A stretch of 64,000 bases of DNA. Source: Octopus sinensis (taxonomy: Eukaryota). Positions within the stretch are counted from its first letter, which is position 1. Each line of letters opens with the position of its first letter. Below are positions 50,618 to 64,000 of the stretch, piece after piece. The translations under genes were made by a program, and so were the position numbers. The notes under the pieces are model-generated. The model did no database searches. It had not been told where the DNA came from and saw only the letters and a program-made list of their open reading frames with translations. The stretch covers positions 36,704,001 through 36,768,000 of the forward strand of contig NC_043003.1 in NCBI RefSeq assembly GCF_006345805.1. The letters are read 5' to 3'.

Positions 50618-52029
50618 TAAATAGTCTTCTCAATTTTGGGGGGTCTTGTAGTATTACATATGAAATCTACTCCAAGAAAATATGAGAACCAAAGGTCGAT
50701 CAGTTTTTATTGTGGGGGAAAATTAAAGCCCTTCGGAGAGCGATTGATTTATCCGGTTTGTCTCAGAAGATAATCGTTCCCACATAAATGATGAGGTAAC
50801 AAAATATATCAAAGTTATTCAAACGCCCATTGTGTTCTCACACTAAATTATTACATCATGATACATATCAGTATCAATAGAAGGAGTGTTAACAACATTA
50901 GCCGATAGTCTAGCATGCACCTCATCCATCATGCACAAATAGATTGAAGCGAACGCGATCACGATTCACTTTTATGTGTCAAATTGTCACAGATCAGAAG
51001 TTTATGTTAAGACAATTTCCAATAAGTATTAACAATATTAAATTTCCATTTCATATGTGCCGACACCTTTTCCACTGACGACGAAAGTGAAGAAAGCAAA
51101 ACGCAATAGAATTGAAGAATACATTTGCTTGCAAGGAGCAATACAAGTGACCAAAATGTGTTGAGCAATCCTAAATCTATGTTGACACATTGCTAGACCA
51201 CTAGAAAACGATGTCAAACTCAGTCTTCTTTCAGCCATCTAAATGGTCAATATAACTATGACAAGGGTGTTAAAGAAAACTACCGAAAACAGAGAAAATA
51301 GAGATCAGAAAAATATCCATTGTACATTTTAAGTTGTTTTACTCCACTAGCTTTAGCCATGCTCCACAAATAACTAAATCTCTGAAGTTTGCTGCAAGAT
51401 CAAGGATCCAAACGTAATGATCTCAAACCCTATATCCTGAAAATTTAATTTTCGCCTTCATAATTCAATTATGAACTGATGATGTTTCTCTACAACTTAC
51501 AAATGTGACTAACAGTGGAATATTCTACCTACATAAGAATCGGCTTGGTTACTATGCACAAAAAGCATTCTAGACTGTATTTAACAAGAAAACCATTTAA
51601 CTGACTTGTATAGGGTAATATCCCCAACACATGTAACATGTAGTTAAAATAATCATTCACCAACGTATTTGAACTTCGTCAGTGTTCTCACGTTTATACA
51701 GCAGACTTCTATATCCGCGCTGCGATTGCTATACCTCATTTCCACAGAAATTCATGCTTCACCTCATTCCTACCCTCCCTCCAATACCGTAATCATTTGT
51801 TTTTGTCAACTCTGTCATTCTTAAATTTTCAATACATTTGATCAATCACTCCAAAGACGATTCTTCTGCACTAAACGACGTTCGAAACTTCAATTGGGCT
51901 AATTTAGTCCACTTGAAGTTTCGTAATAAGCATAAATTATCATTTATTGAAAATTGAACCAAAGTCTACGTAACCTCGTTTAATCAGCTATTGTTTGTAG
52001 ATCAGAGAGTGATTATCTCTCTATTAGAT

Positions 52030-53430
52030 GTAGTGAAAAAGGATGTCCGTTAACACGTTCCACGAACTCATCACATTTTCCTTCTGATATGGTATACTCG
52101 TTAGCATTGCAAGCAGATGGACGTGGGGGACCTCACTGCAAGAAGAAAGAAGACATGTTTACTGCAACAGCTTTTGATTGGTTAACTAATGGTACGTAAC
52201 AGAAATTAAATAGAAATAAAGTGTAATGCACCCCGTTTGATTAGTTCCAAAGTTAGACGTGAGATACGTCAAGATTCATGATTCGCTACTGCGGTAGTTG
52301 GACCGGATCATTTAGCATACCTTGCAGCACCCGGCAATTCTTCAGACTCAAATATTATGGTTACTACATAAGGAAATTTGAGAGAGAAAAAATAACAGAA
52401 AATGTAATATGTTTTAAGGAAAAGGAAGAAATCCCCGTCGTAGAATCAAGTTTAAGTACCTTTAACCCGTTAAGTGAATAATAATGCTGAATGTTTACAT
52501 CCGAAAACAATGCCTAATAGGAGTAAAATGCGAGCAAAAGTAAAGTAAACTGTGTTTAATGCAGTGAGTCTTCCAGTTCGATAACAGAAATTTGCCGAGA
52601 TGAATGTCTCTTGTAAAAACCTCTAACTGGTTTTTCAATGCAATAAAATTGTGTGTTATTACCTTACCAGATGCCGCAGATGTAGGAAGGTTCCCAGAAA
52701 CATCTATTGAAGATTTTCTTATATTTTAACCTAAATGGAAAATGATTATCATTCAGGTTTAAGCATTTTGTAAAGGGGAACTGTTTATCATTCAAGACTA
52801 GGAATGTTCTACGTACGTCAATGCTAACATTCAAGGAGAAACGGGAGCAAATTATAAAAATCACCTAGATTTATATATTTGTGTAGCTGGCGTGTACGAT
52901 ATCTCCTCCTAAAGGCAGAAGATATCGTAGGGAAGGAGATTAGTTAGAAATCCCCAAACTAATGTTACATATAAGGTTATTTGAAAGTTATAAGGAGTTA
53001 GGTCTCTTTGCGTATATACTTAATGTGAAAAACATCATTTTATGAAAGACAACTAAGAAGCCAAGTCCAAACTGCAACTTCAGGAACTAATATACGTTTT
53101 CTTGAGACCAGCGTGCATCGTTAGCTCGTTCGTCTACGAAGCCAATGCTGCCACCATTGAATCAAATAAGAGAACCGGAATATAAAAATATATATAGGAG
53201 TATGCAAAAGTATCTTCGAAGCACGTACGCAAATCACGAGTCACTTTTCAAATAAGGAGTCAAAAGAACAACAATGTTAGCTAGCCATATTTGGAGCACG
53301 AATGACAGCAATATAGCATACACCATCAACTGGACTATTTATCGAAAGACGTGGGCCAATCATTGACATGTCACAAAAACCCCAGTTTAGACATACATTT
53401 TGTCGCACTTTAACCTTTTTCTATCCGGCT
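52030..53430 (+). mobile_element. Ancient Penelope-like element remnant (RT traces + GIY-YIG endonuclease)
   Basis: Clearest at 53075-53350: CNFRN..CIVSSFVYEA..KY-IGVCKSIFEAR.ANHES..NKESKE..MLASHIWSTNDSNIAYTINWTI. Upstream KKKEDMFTAT and EREKITENVICFKEKE..VESSL match Penelope RT motifs in order, with low similarity. Confidence 0.55.
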
Positions 53431-54793
53431 AGAATATAATTCATATAACGAGTTAATGAGACATAACCAAGATTCTCTGAACAGACTATTTCTTTTCACG
53501 TAGAACATATTTTAACAATTTCTCTCTATTTTTGCCGTAACATTTTTCACTCTCTTTATTTCTGGTATTTGCTCACGAACTACTTATGTTATCTGAGCTG
53601 GAACTATGGCCTCATTGGTCACGGTACGCTATAAGTACCATTCCAATTACTGCGTTATCTAAACGCGAAAATTAAAGTAGCACACGTATAACTACTGCAT
53701 TCACTAATTGATATCCATCTCTTGCTGGAATGAGTACTTTTCTGCTGATCCTAACAGCAAGCTAACAGTACACTATGGATGAGTGTGTATGAGTGTGTGT
53801 GACTGTATGTGTATTTCGTGTGACAGAGGAATTGAGGATGAAATACATATGACTGCACGTGCGCACGTATGTATACGCATATGAAAATATAGGATGTATG
53901 TCTGTGTGTTTGTATACATGCACACTAACAAATACATGCGTATGTGTATATGTGTGTGTATGTGCGTGTGTATGTGTGCGTGCATGTGTGTGTACGTATG
54001 CATGTATATCTATATCTATAACTATATATATATATATATATAGGTTCAGTTACGTGGAAAGTACAAGTGTTGTTGACATGCTAACGACTAATTTCGAAAT
54101 TAGAGTTAATAAATAAAAATAATGAATAAATAAGAAAAAAGATATATACGAATAAAAAAAAACTAATTATTTTAAGAAATAAAAGAATGCAATTAAAGAT
54201 ATTACATTATATCATTGCTGATTTCTCAACAGACTGGAATTTTGAAAGAAAGTTCTGGAGGTTATTGTATTATGATATGTCAGGAAGTTACCAAATAGAT
54301 GAAGTTAGGTAGACAGATAGGAAGATGCTCAGAAAAGAAAGAAGATACACGAAGTTTATGTACAGAAAAATGAACACGTTGACAGGAACGGTGTGTATTT
54401 TAGTATTTCGTGTTTTTCTTTTTTGATTTTTCAGTTTTCAATGCAAATTTCTTCCAAGATATTCGTATTATTATTTTTTTTATTGTTTTAGTTTATTTGT
54501 CCTATTCTGCTTTATATCATTCTATTCCATTTCAATATATTGTCGGGAACGTAAAGCGTAATATATGAATAATGAATAAATATTATTTCTTTTTTAAAAA
54601 AATGTGAAGAGAAGAGAGCAATCAAATACAACTTTTTTTTTAATTTTCATTGTCTTGTAGAGATAAAACTAAAAAAAAAGATATCTTATTAATTTATTAA
54701 ATTATTCCTAGACGGAAAAAATAGAGAAAGAATGTGAATTATTATAATTTTATTGATTTTAGTCTTAAACTTTTGCTCTATCCTTCTATTGTT

Positions 54794-54832
<39 letters not shown>

Positions 54833-55659
54833 TACGTAAGCAGTATAGAGCAGGAATCCACTTCATAACAAGCCAATATAAGTGAGAGCTTTCGTATTTT
54901 AATTGTCAGTAAATCACATTCACAAGCTGAGATCACTAACTCTGCACGCATCTCATATTACTCAGGTGATATTTTGGGTTTTGTTATTAGTTTCAAGATT
55001 CCAACGCTATCGCTGTCTCATCTCCGTGCCTTCTCTTTTTAAAAGCATTAAGTGATTTGGACGAAGGAGCTAGTCTCTTTTACATCCCTTGGTTTGTTAG
55101 AAACACCAGTCAAAACTCTTGTTGAGCTGGTTTCATTTTGATCTCTCGGTTTTTTACAAATTACATCATAGAGTCTTAAAAAAGTCAAGATGCATTGAAT
55201 AATGTTATGGATACACTGTGTCTGAAGAAAAGCCGATATGTTCACGGTGAAGATATATTTCAACATAAATTTGCTCTTTCATATCTTACGTAAGGACATA
55301 TTCATTAACAACATAACTATTTTGTGCATAAATAAAGGATTCATTGGTAGATCCTTATGCACAAAATATGTTTTTTTTTTTCCGAGACAAAATATCGATA
55401 GGATGTTATCGTTAATGCAAGAGTATTGACTGACGTTGATAAATAGGTAAAGAAGCTGTTCAAATACACAGCGTTCTTTAATCACTTACCTTTATATATT
55501 TAGTTTAAAGCTCATTAAAGTTAAACTAGATAAAAAATAAAAATTGCCAAATCAAGATAACTGCGTGTCTGCATCAGTGAGCGTAATCTAGAGAAGTAAA
55601 ATGAGAAAAAACGTGTGTGTATGGGGGTATATGTTTGTATATATATATATATATATATA

Positions 55660-55830
55660 TATCCTTTTGTTCTGTCCTTGTTTCTTTCCTTGTTTTTTTT
55701 TCTGTGTCCTTCTCTGTCGAAGAGCGTAGGCTCGAAACGTGAAAGAATTTATCTATTCCTGGCGTTATATTAATACATCTGATTGTTTTGTACAACACCT
55801 GTATTCGGCTTTTGTTTTTTTCGCAAACTC
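55660..55830 (+). repeat. Second copy of the AGCGTAGGCTCGAAACG repeat
   Basis: GTCGAAGAGCGTAGGCTCGAAACGT...TAATACATC..ACACCTGT shared with 2903-3035; (TA)n flanks. Confidence 0.5.
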
Positions 55831-55852
55831 TCCCTATATATATATATATGTA

Positions 55853-55887
<35 letters not shown>

Positions 55888-55892
<5 letters not shown>

Positions 55893-56050
55893 CCGAAATT
55901 GCGAGGATGATCCGGTTCTTGACTGAAGATAAAAGCCTTCGAATGACCAGCCGTGTTCTTTTGTATCGTCTATCTGGATCTTTTGTTGTCCCCTTTTGTA
56001 TCACTTAGTTGTCCGGATGTTTTCCGTTCTTGTCCCATTTTGTATTTTAT
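55888..56050. repeat. Unclassified ~160-bp segment inserted between (TA)n tracts
   Basis: Complex sequence sharply bounded by TA repeats on both sides. Confidence 0.35.
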
Positions 56051-56058
56051 GTTATATA

Positions 56059-56091
<33 letters not shown>

Positions 56092-56236
56092 AGACGGGCT
56101 TCTTTGAGTTTTCCGTCGGGCGGATCCACTCACAAGGCTTTGGTCAGCACAAGACTATAGAAGACACGCAGTGGGACTGAACCCGGAACCATGTGGGTAG
56201 TAAGCAAGCAAGCTACTTACACCCCCCACTCCTGCG

Positions 56237-56239
<3 letters not shown>
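56092..56239 (-). mobile_element. SINE-B 5' half
   Basis: GGCGCAGGAGTG..GGTTCCGGGTTCAGTCCCACTGCGTG..GGAAAACTCAAAGAAGCCCGTC. Confidence 0.8.
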
Positions 56240-56280
<41 letters not shown>

Positions 56281-56324
56281 CATATTTATATATACATACA
56301 TACATACATACATACATACATACA

Positions 56325-56358
<34 letters not shown>

Positions 56359-56364
56359 CATACA

Positions 56365-56398
<34 letters not shown>

Positions 56399-57289
56399 CA
56401 TACATACATACATACATACATACATACAAATCATGTTACTGTATTGAAATCTCATTAAAAGGAAAAATTATGTACGTTTCTTGCAAAGATTCAGTCCATA
56501 TACAAACAAAAAAAAAATAATAATAATAATAAGGGAAAAGGTAGCAGAAATGTTCAGACCATATTTGCAGTGGTGAAACGGAAATAGCAGTGGGCATTCG
56601 AATTTCTAACTTGGCAGTGAGCTCTGGAACGTAAACATTTGTCTATCATACGAAAAAACAAAACCGTGACAGGAAATATAATTCGTCGAAATTGTGACAA
56701 ATATCTACCAGTAATTACTGAGGTAGATGTGATCAATTAGGCCTTTAAAGCAAAATTCTTTGCAACTGGGTATAAGGTAAAACATCGATAAAATGACTGA
56801 GCAAAGTACTTAGGCAGCTTTATCTGTAAAACATCGGAGAAAAGACAGTGTCGTGTTTTAATTATGTCGTTTTAAGTTCACAGTTCAAATCTGGTGAGAT
56901 CAATTTGCTTTCCGTTATTTATCGGGGTCGGAACATTAAGTACCAGTCAAGTAATGAGGCAAGATTTCATTGAAGGAAATTTTCATACAAATCGTTGCTT
57001 TGTGCTTGTATGAGCGGTGTGGGGAGGGTTGGGGGTAGTCAATGTTATTTTAAAATCGGAATAGCCATTGGCGATGTATGAGAGATCAACGAAAGTGTTT
57101 TAATGTATCTAATTTGTATCCTATTCGATTTGATCATTCAGCACTTCAGACCAGATGAAATAAATATGAATAATGAACTGAGGTGCAACCAGTCAACTGT
57201 AGTCTTTTTACAGAAAAACTGACTTCAGTAAAACATCAACGGTAACACAAGCATCAAACGAAGCAGGAGACGTGATGTGAGCACTGTGG

Positions 57290-57291
57290 TC

Positions 57292-57330
<39 letters not shown>

Positions 57331-57463
57331 GTCACTCTTTCTCTTTTCATCTCTCTCTCATTCTCTCTCTCTCTACTCATCTCTCTCTCTCTTCATCTCT
57401 CTTTTCCTATCTACTTTTATCTTCATCCACCGACCTGTCTTCGTCTCTCTCACTTTTTATCTT

Positions 57464-57561
<98 letters not shown>

Positions 57562-57649
57562 CAGCTAGCTAGCTAGCTAGCTATTCATCTATCTATCAAT
57601 CTAGCTATCAATTTATCTGTCAATCTGTGACCCTCTCACTATCTCCCCT

Positions 57650-57690
<41 letters not shown>

Positions 57691-57790
57691 CTACCTATCT
57701 ATCTATTCATCAATCTATCAATCTATCTATCGATTTATCTGTCAATCTGTGACCCTCTCACAATCTCCTCTCTCTCTCTCTCTTCTACCG
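57290..57790. repeat. (CT)n/(CTAT)n tract with a ~115-bp tandem duplication (57586-57785)
   Basis: ATCAAT..TTTATCTGTCAATCTGTGACCCTCTCAC occurs twice. Confidence 0.85.
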
Positions 57791-57929
57791 CTAGAGAAAC
57801 GTTAGATTTCACTTATGCAGCCAATTAGCGCTCTGTGAAAGAAAACGAGATTGTTACAATTTACACTGGGTATGCATAAGTGTGTATGTTTGTGCATGTG
57901 TGTGAATGAATGTGTGTACAAAATAAAAC

Positions 57930-57980
57930 ATTATTATCATTATTATTATTATTATCAATATAATAATAATAATAATAATA

Positions 57981-58016
<36 letters not shown>

Positions 58017-58032
58017 ATAATTATTATTATTA

Positions 58033-58084
<52 letters not shown>

Positions 58085-58210
58085 CATCATCATCATTATT
58101 ATTATTATTATTATTATTACTATTATTAATCTTATTGTTATTGCTGTTGCTGCTTTTGCTGTTGCTGCTTTTGCTGTTGTTGTTGTGTTGTTGTTGTTGT
58201 TGTTATTGTT
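57930..58210. repeat. (TTA)n/(TTG)n microsatellite
   Basis: Direct reading. Confidence 0.95.
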
Positions 58211-58474
58211 CGAAACACACACATCACAACCATTATAACGGTCACTATGGTTATAATTTACGTGATTTCCTCAGTGCAGAGTAACTTTTACCGCTATTGG
58301 TAACTTTTACCGCTCCTAAGGCTGGAGAAGGTAAATCAGAAAGATTTCCTGAGAGCGAAGACCTGGACTGAACCAAACGATGATTTGTAGGGAGTAAAAT
58401 CGAAATGGTTAGCGCTTAAACTTAGCGAACCTAAATATACACACACATGTGTATTTCACTCTATGTATCTGTAT

Positions 58475-58599
58475 GTATGTGTAGACATGGGTTCAGTCTC
58501 ACTGCGTAGCACCTTGGGCAGGTATCTTCTATTATAAGCGCGGACCGACCAAAGCCTTGTTAGAGAATTTGGTTGATGGAAACTGAAAGAATCCCGTCC

Positions 58600-58651
<52 letters not shown>

Positions 58652-58865
58652 TATTAGTGTGTGTGTGTGTTTGTCTTCCCCAGCATCGGTTGTCAAGCGA
58701 TGGTGTGGTTACGTCCCTGTGACTTAGCGGTTCGGCAAAGGAGAACCGATAGAATAACTACAAGGCTTACAAAGAATAAGTCCTGGGGTCGATTTATTCG
58801 ACTAAAGGCGGTGCTCCAGCATGGCCGAAGTCAAATGACTGAAACCAGTAAAAGAATAAAAGAAA
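58475..58865 (+). mobile_element. SINE-B with internal (TA)n/(TG)n
   Basis: GGGTTCAGTCTCACTGCGTAGCACCTTGGGCAGG..(TA)n..GGCGGTGCTCCAGCATGGCCGAAGTCAAATGACTGAAAC. Confidence 0.85.
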
Positions 58866-58884
58866 ACTATATATATATATATAT

Positions 58885-59150
58885 TATTGTGTCTAGTGAG
58901 AGTCATTTTGTTTTAATGCCTTACTAATAAGCACACTCACCGGTTCCATTTCCATTCATTTTCTAATTTATTTTTTCTAAAGTTTTCGTTACTTCTTGCA
59001 ATAGTTGCCACTTCAATAGTTGTCGAATCTCAACGACTATTGAAGAGGTTGCAACAAGTAACGAAAATTTTAGAAAGAACAAATAATTAAATGAGAGAGT
59101 GTTTTAATTAGTAAGGCATTAAAATAGCATGACTCTCTCCAGACACAATA
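58885..59150. mobile_element. Palindromic foldback/MITE element (~265 bp)
   Basis: Left arm ATTGTGTCTAGTGAGAGTCAT..TTTTAATGCCTTACTAAT..TTTTCGTTACTT..TTCAATAGT is the reverse complement of the right arm over most of its length. Confidence 0.8.
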
Positions 59151-59633
59151 AAGTGGGAGTCCTGATTAGGACAATGTTACTAACTTTTTTCATCCCCGGG
59201 AAAACAAACTTAAACGGTACTTACGAACCATAGTTATTTCACTTCATCGACACAGGATAACTTTTGGGTAGAGATGGCAGCACTAGGCTTTGCTCGAGGT
59301 ATATACTTTTAAATTAACACTGATCTTGTAAAAAGGAAAACAATTTTAAATCTCTGAGAGAGAAGTAACTAGTAACGGAAAGGAAAATAACCGAGAAAAC
59401 TTGGTCCGTAGGTTCCGTTCAAGGCTGAGTGGGGACATTAGATCCCTTGTTCGAGGTATAAGGACGCAGTTGTGTGTCGGTAGCTGACTGGAAAAGGTGT
59501 TTTCCTGGGGCTAAAAAAAGGTAGTAACATCATCCTCATCAAAACTGCCACTTTACGTTGGCAAATAGATTTTACACTGTAGTACTGTTACTACTTATTT
59601 CTCGGTCAGAGATTTAAAACTAATTGTTTTCCT

Positions 59634-59669
<36 letters not shown>

Positions 59670-59672
<3 letters not shown>

Positions 59673-60729
59673 CCTATCAAATGTTTCAGCCCAAAAGCTG
59701 CGGCCATGCTAGGGCACCACCGTTGAATGAGCTACAGTAGTATGTGAAGCCACCTCTGATACGTGGCACTTGATCAACAAGGGAGTTCGACGCCGCTGCC
59801 CGCATTTGTGTTTCCTGCCGAGAGGTAAGGTTCATCTGGAACCCCTGACAAGAAGAGATCCAGTTTAGTTTTAAAGAAACCCACATCCACACCATGCTGC
59901 TCTCTCAGGCATTCAGGAAGGATATTGAAGAGCTGGGCTCCCCTGATACCCAAGCTGTTGCAGTATATGGTCCTGTATTTTGAAGGTGATGTTGTGATCT
60001 TTGGCACCATGCAGTGGCGCCCCGTTCTGCTGTTGGGGTAACGTTAAATGCCAAAATTCGTGACAAGACCCTCCAGGATTTTCCAGACGTATATCACTGC
60101 ATATCTCTCCCGCCTTCGCTCCAGGGAGAAGAGTTTTAATACTTTCAGGCTTTCCCAGTAGCTGATATGTTGCATTCAGACGATCTTCTTAGTGTAGCTT
60201 CGTTGGATTGCTTCGAGTTCTGCTGTTAACTTTATATTGTGTGGTAACCATAGTTGGGAGCAGTAGTCCAAGTGGCTGAGGACGCCTTTCTTCCAAAGGA
60301 CCATCAGTATCTCCTTCTCTCTTGTTCTGAAAGTTGGGAAAATCCATCCAGCTAGCCGTTTGCATTTTATTACCAAATTAGTAATATGCACTTGAAAAGT
60401 TGCTTCATTGCTCATGCCAATACCCAGGTCACGCACTGATTTTGACTCAGAAATTACAATTCTTCCCGGGCCATTGTATCGGTCTGCATGTCGTTCACCT
60501 TTGTGTGCCGGTAGCGCAGTGCTTGGAACTTCCCTGCATTAAACTGCATGTTGTTGTCCTCAGCCCAAATGTATATTGTATCCAACACCCGTTGCAGATG
60601 TGCAATATTTTCAGGGTTTTGTATTGTGTGACAGACTTTTGTGTCATCTGCATAGCTAGCTAGCAAGGGTGGCCATCTTAGCAACTGAGGGCATGTCTGA
60701 AAGGGCCACTATGAACAGCAGAGGCCCCA
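59670..60729 (-). mobile_element. 5'-truncated CR1-type LINE 3' part
   Basis: GPLLF..LASYADDTKV..WAEDNNMQFNAGKFQAL..RDLGI..SHLDYCSQLW..LEAIQRSYTKKI..YWESLKVLKLFSLERRRERY..GAQLFNILP; (TA)n at the 3' end. Confidence 0.9.
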
Positions 60730-60741
60730 TATATATTTTAT

Positions 60742-60819
<78 letters not shown>

Positions 60820-60854
60820 TGATAGATACATATATATTATATATATATAATATC

Positions 60855-60887
<33 letters not shown>

Positions 60888-61240
60888 CGTATAAATATAG
60901 ATTTATACATGTGACTTTGTGTTCAGCCACATTTATGATAGTATGAATGAAGTGAACTAGAACTGTAGTGGCTATAAAGAAGGAAAATGGGACGTTTTAC
61001 AGTACAATATGTGCATTCGTACATTTGTCTCGATTGTACGAATGCACATAAGCAATTTTTTCATAGAATTAGTAGATTAAGCTCACTCAAGCAGTTTGCA
61101 TATTTTGCACGCACACATTCAAATATTCCCGAGTACACACACAAAAAATACATCAAGCGCGCGCACACACAACAAGCACACATACATCCACGCATATGTA
61201 TTCTATGTTTATATATATATATGTAACTATACGATATACA

Positions 61241-61278
<38 letters not shown>

Positions 61279-61439
61279 CATATATATGGTGTATAATGCA
61301 TATATATATATATACACATATATATAATATATAATATACAAACGTACATACATATATGCATACATATACACACACCCACGGTGCGATTTTAATATTGTCT
61401 TTTTTTTCATTTATATATAGATAATATACATATGCGTAC

Positions 61440-61865
<426 letters not shown>

Positions 61866-61879
61866 AGATTATACAGTTG

Positions 61880-62110
61880 TCTGGCCGAATATTCGTCTGC
61901 CTCTTCCTACCTAATATTTTATATTTTCTGAAATATGTTTCGTACAATTGTTGTTTTCGCTTAGTTTTTCCTTGATGTTGTGACTGTCTTTGAGTTATAT
62001 TCGCTGTTTTGTATGTTTGTTCCTTTGTTTGTTTTTTACTTATTTCTATATCGATGATGGCTCTGCCTACGTTGTTTAATGCCCCGATCTTGTTTTTTTG
62101 TTAATTTCTT
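61880..62110 (-). mobile_element. RTE-type LINE remnant (post-RT region)
   Basis: [50 protein letters not shown] resembles the RTE thumb (ISKKTK.QIYKT..E..F.R..R.DRIRN). Confidence 0.4.
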
Positions 62111-63641
62111 TTACCGTTCTATTCTAGCTTTATTTATCATAACAATTTCGTAGCAATTGTACATGTAGTTTTTTTTTTGTTTAGCTTTTAATCTTTTTTC
62201 TGTTGTTGCTGTTGAGGTTTTCTCGCCTTTATATAATTTTTTTTTCTTAGTTATTTTATTTATTTAATCATTTATTATTTATTTCTTTTTTTACTGTTAC
62301 CAATTATGTTATTGTACTTAGTCCCACGTTTGTTATCGCTGTTCTTCATACTGTTGTCTTACTTTTATAACTATTGTTTACGGCAATTTTTTTCATTATC
62401 ATTCTATACGGCTATTGTTTTGTTTGTTCGATCTTTCTTCCTATTTGGTTTTTGTTCCAACACTCTAGCTACAATGTTCTCATTTTTTGCCTATTAATGC
62501 CATTGTGTATATTAACGTTGTTGTTGTAGCTGTTACACTCTCTTCATTCTGTTTATTAATTTACTCTAAAGTAATATTTCAATAAGTGTTATTAGTGTAT
62601 TATAGTGTAGATCGTGGAAACGTTAATGTATCGAGCAGTCAGCCGGCATATCAGTGGTTCTCATTCGGAACCTGGTTCTACGAAGTGTATATTGCTGACA
62701 AATTCAGTTCTCGACGATTAAGCACATTTAGCAACGTATAAGTACCATCAGAATCTTTTGATTCTTTAATTCACTGTTTAAGTTCTCACGCAAGAAAAAT
62801 TTTTGCAAGCGTTTTTTTGCTGAACAATAAGGAAACTGTGGATAAATTATGTTCCTAAAATATTTTTGTCATATTTATCTTTTCAAAGCGGGAACCTGAA
62901 TGTGGTTGCTTCATCTCTTGACATAATCCAGAGGCAAGCCGGGGCAAGACATCCTGCGGGAAATATTATCAAAATTTCCCGTCTTCCTTTCTTTCTCACT
63001 CTCTCTCTCTCTCCTCTCTCTCGCAGTCTATGACTTTCTCTCTCTCTTTTCCTCTCCCACTCTTTCTCTCTATTATTTTATGAGACAGAGACATTGACTT
63101 AATGTATTTCTGAAAGTATACTATCTGAAAATCAGATTCGACATTTATCGGCAGAGGGCTTTTGATACTATATCGGTTCGACCGAGATTCTAACTGATTA
63201 CAAACAGCAATTACAAAGTGTCGTAAGTTAAGGCTTAAAATATTATTAAAGAAAAAGAAGAAATGGTAGCAAGTTATCGAGACATTTAATTCAATTTATT
63301 TATATGTTGCTGTTTTAAGGTATTGATGCAGTCGACATAAAATATCATTTAACTTGATTTTCAAACCACTGGGTTTACGCTTTTTGTTCTTGGGTGTATG
63401 TAACTGAGATACATTGGAACATTGCGTATTTATTTTCTGGTTCAGGGCGATTTTCCAGCTGCAAAACACATCTTTCTATTCTGGGTATATCTATATATTT
63501 TGATACATCCCTTGAGTAAACTATACATTCATTCATATTGAACGCATTTCATAGTTTATTTCAATCTTCATGATGCTTCATCGATTCTTTAAAAATTTTA
63601 AATAAGTGGACATTTGAAAATTCATTGTACGTGTGTGTGTG

Positions 63642-63684
<43 letters not shown>

Positions 63685-63735
63685 TGTGTGTCTGTCTGTC
63701 TGTGTGTCTGTGTGTCTGTATACTACTGTATATAT

Positions 63736-63840
63736 GATGGCCGTTTACTCGTGACCGAGTAAAGCCATCGCTGGCATCTGTCACTGAAGAAATATATTTA
63801 TAAAGAAACACGTGTCTGGTTGTCCGATGTCAATATTCGG
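63736..63840 (+). other. Penelope-type terminal relic: strong hairpin + minimal type-I hammerhead-like motif
   Basis: Hairpin GATGGC-CG-TTTACTCG-tgac-CGAGTAAA-GCCATC, then GTCA-CTGAAGA-N14-GAAAC-ACGT-GTC-TGGT (63780-63820). Confidence 0.55.
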
Positions 63841-64000
63841 AACGCTGCCTTTTCTGTTTTCACAAATATAATCTATCAGAATAAATTCTTTGAGACAATA
63901 ACTGCAGAGTACAGAGGACGTTCTTCCATTTGGATTCTACCGGATGTTTATGCCAAATATCCAACTAAATGTGGGATACTTAGCCACTTACACTAAAGGA

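Overview
AT-rich, repeat-dominated eukaryotic DNA with no convincing intact host gene. It is probably intergenic or a large intron. The SINE types, dense microsatellites and a decayed C2H2 zinc-finger tract look like an Octopus-type genome; this is my recognition, not a database result. The only long intact ORF (23773-27591, minus, 1272 aa) is an R4/Dong-clade non-LTR retrotransposon with an N-terminal conserved domain, RT, CCHC knuckle and PD-(D/E)xK restriction-like endonuclease, ending in (TAA)18. At least six other R4/Dong fragments from several subfamilies are present, most of them embedded in (TAA)n tracts. At 39.5-44.7 kb four TAA-bounded elements form a head-to-tail train anchored antiparallel in the (TTA)n tail of a tRNA-derived SINE. 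One of the four is a ~530-bp non-coding element, a candidate Dong-dependent non-autonomous element. Other content: three tRNA-headed SINE families (one forming ~184-bp multimer trains with a fixed junction, one sharing its 3' tail with a CR1 LINE), L1/Tx1, CR1 and RTE remnants, Penelope-like relics including a minimal hammerhead motif, two Tc1/mariner transposase remnants, a Helitron helicase tip, and MITEs. Coordinates were read by eye; treat them as +/- about 10-20 bp unless stated as exact. Family labels A/B/C are my own.
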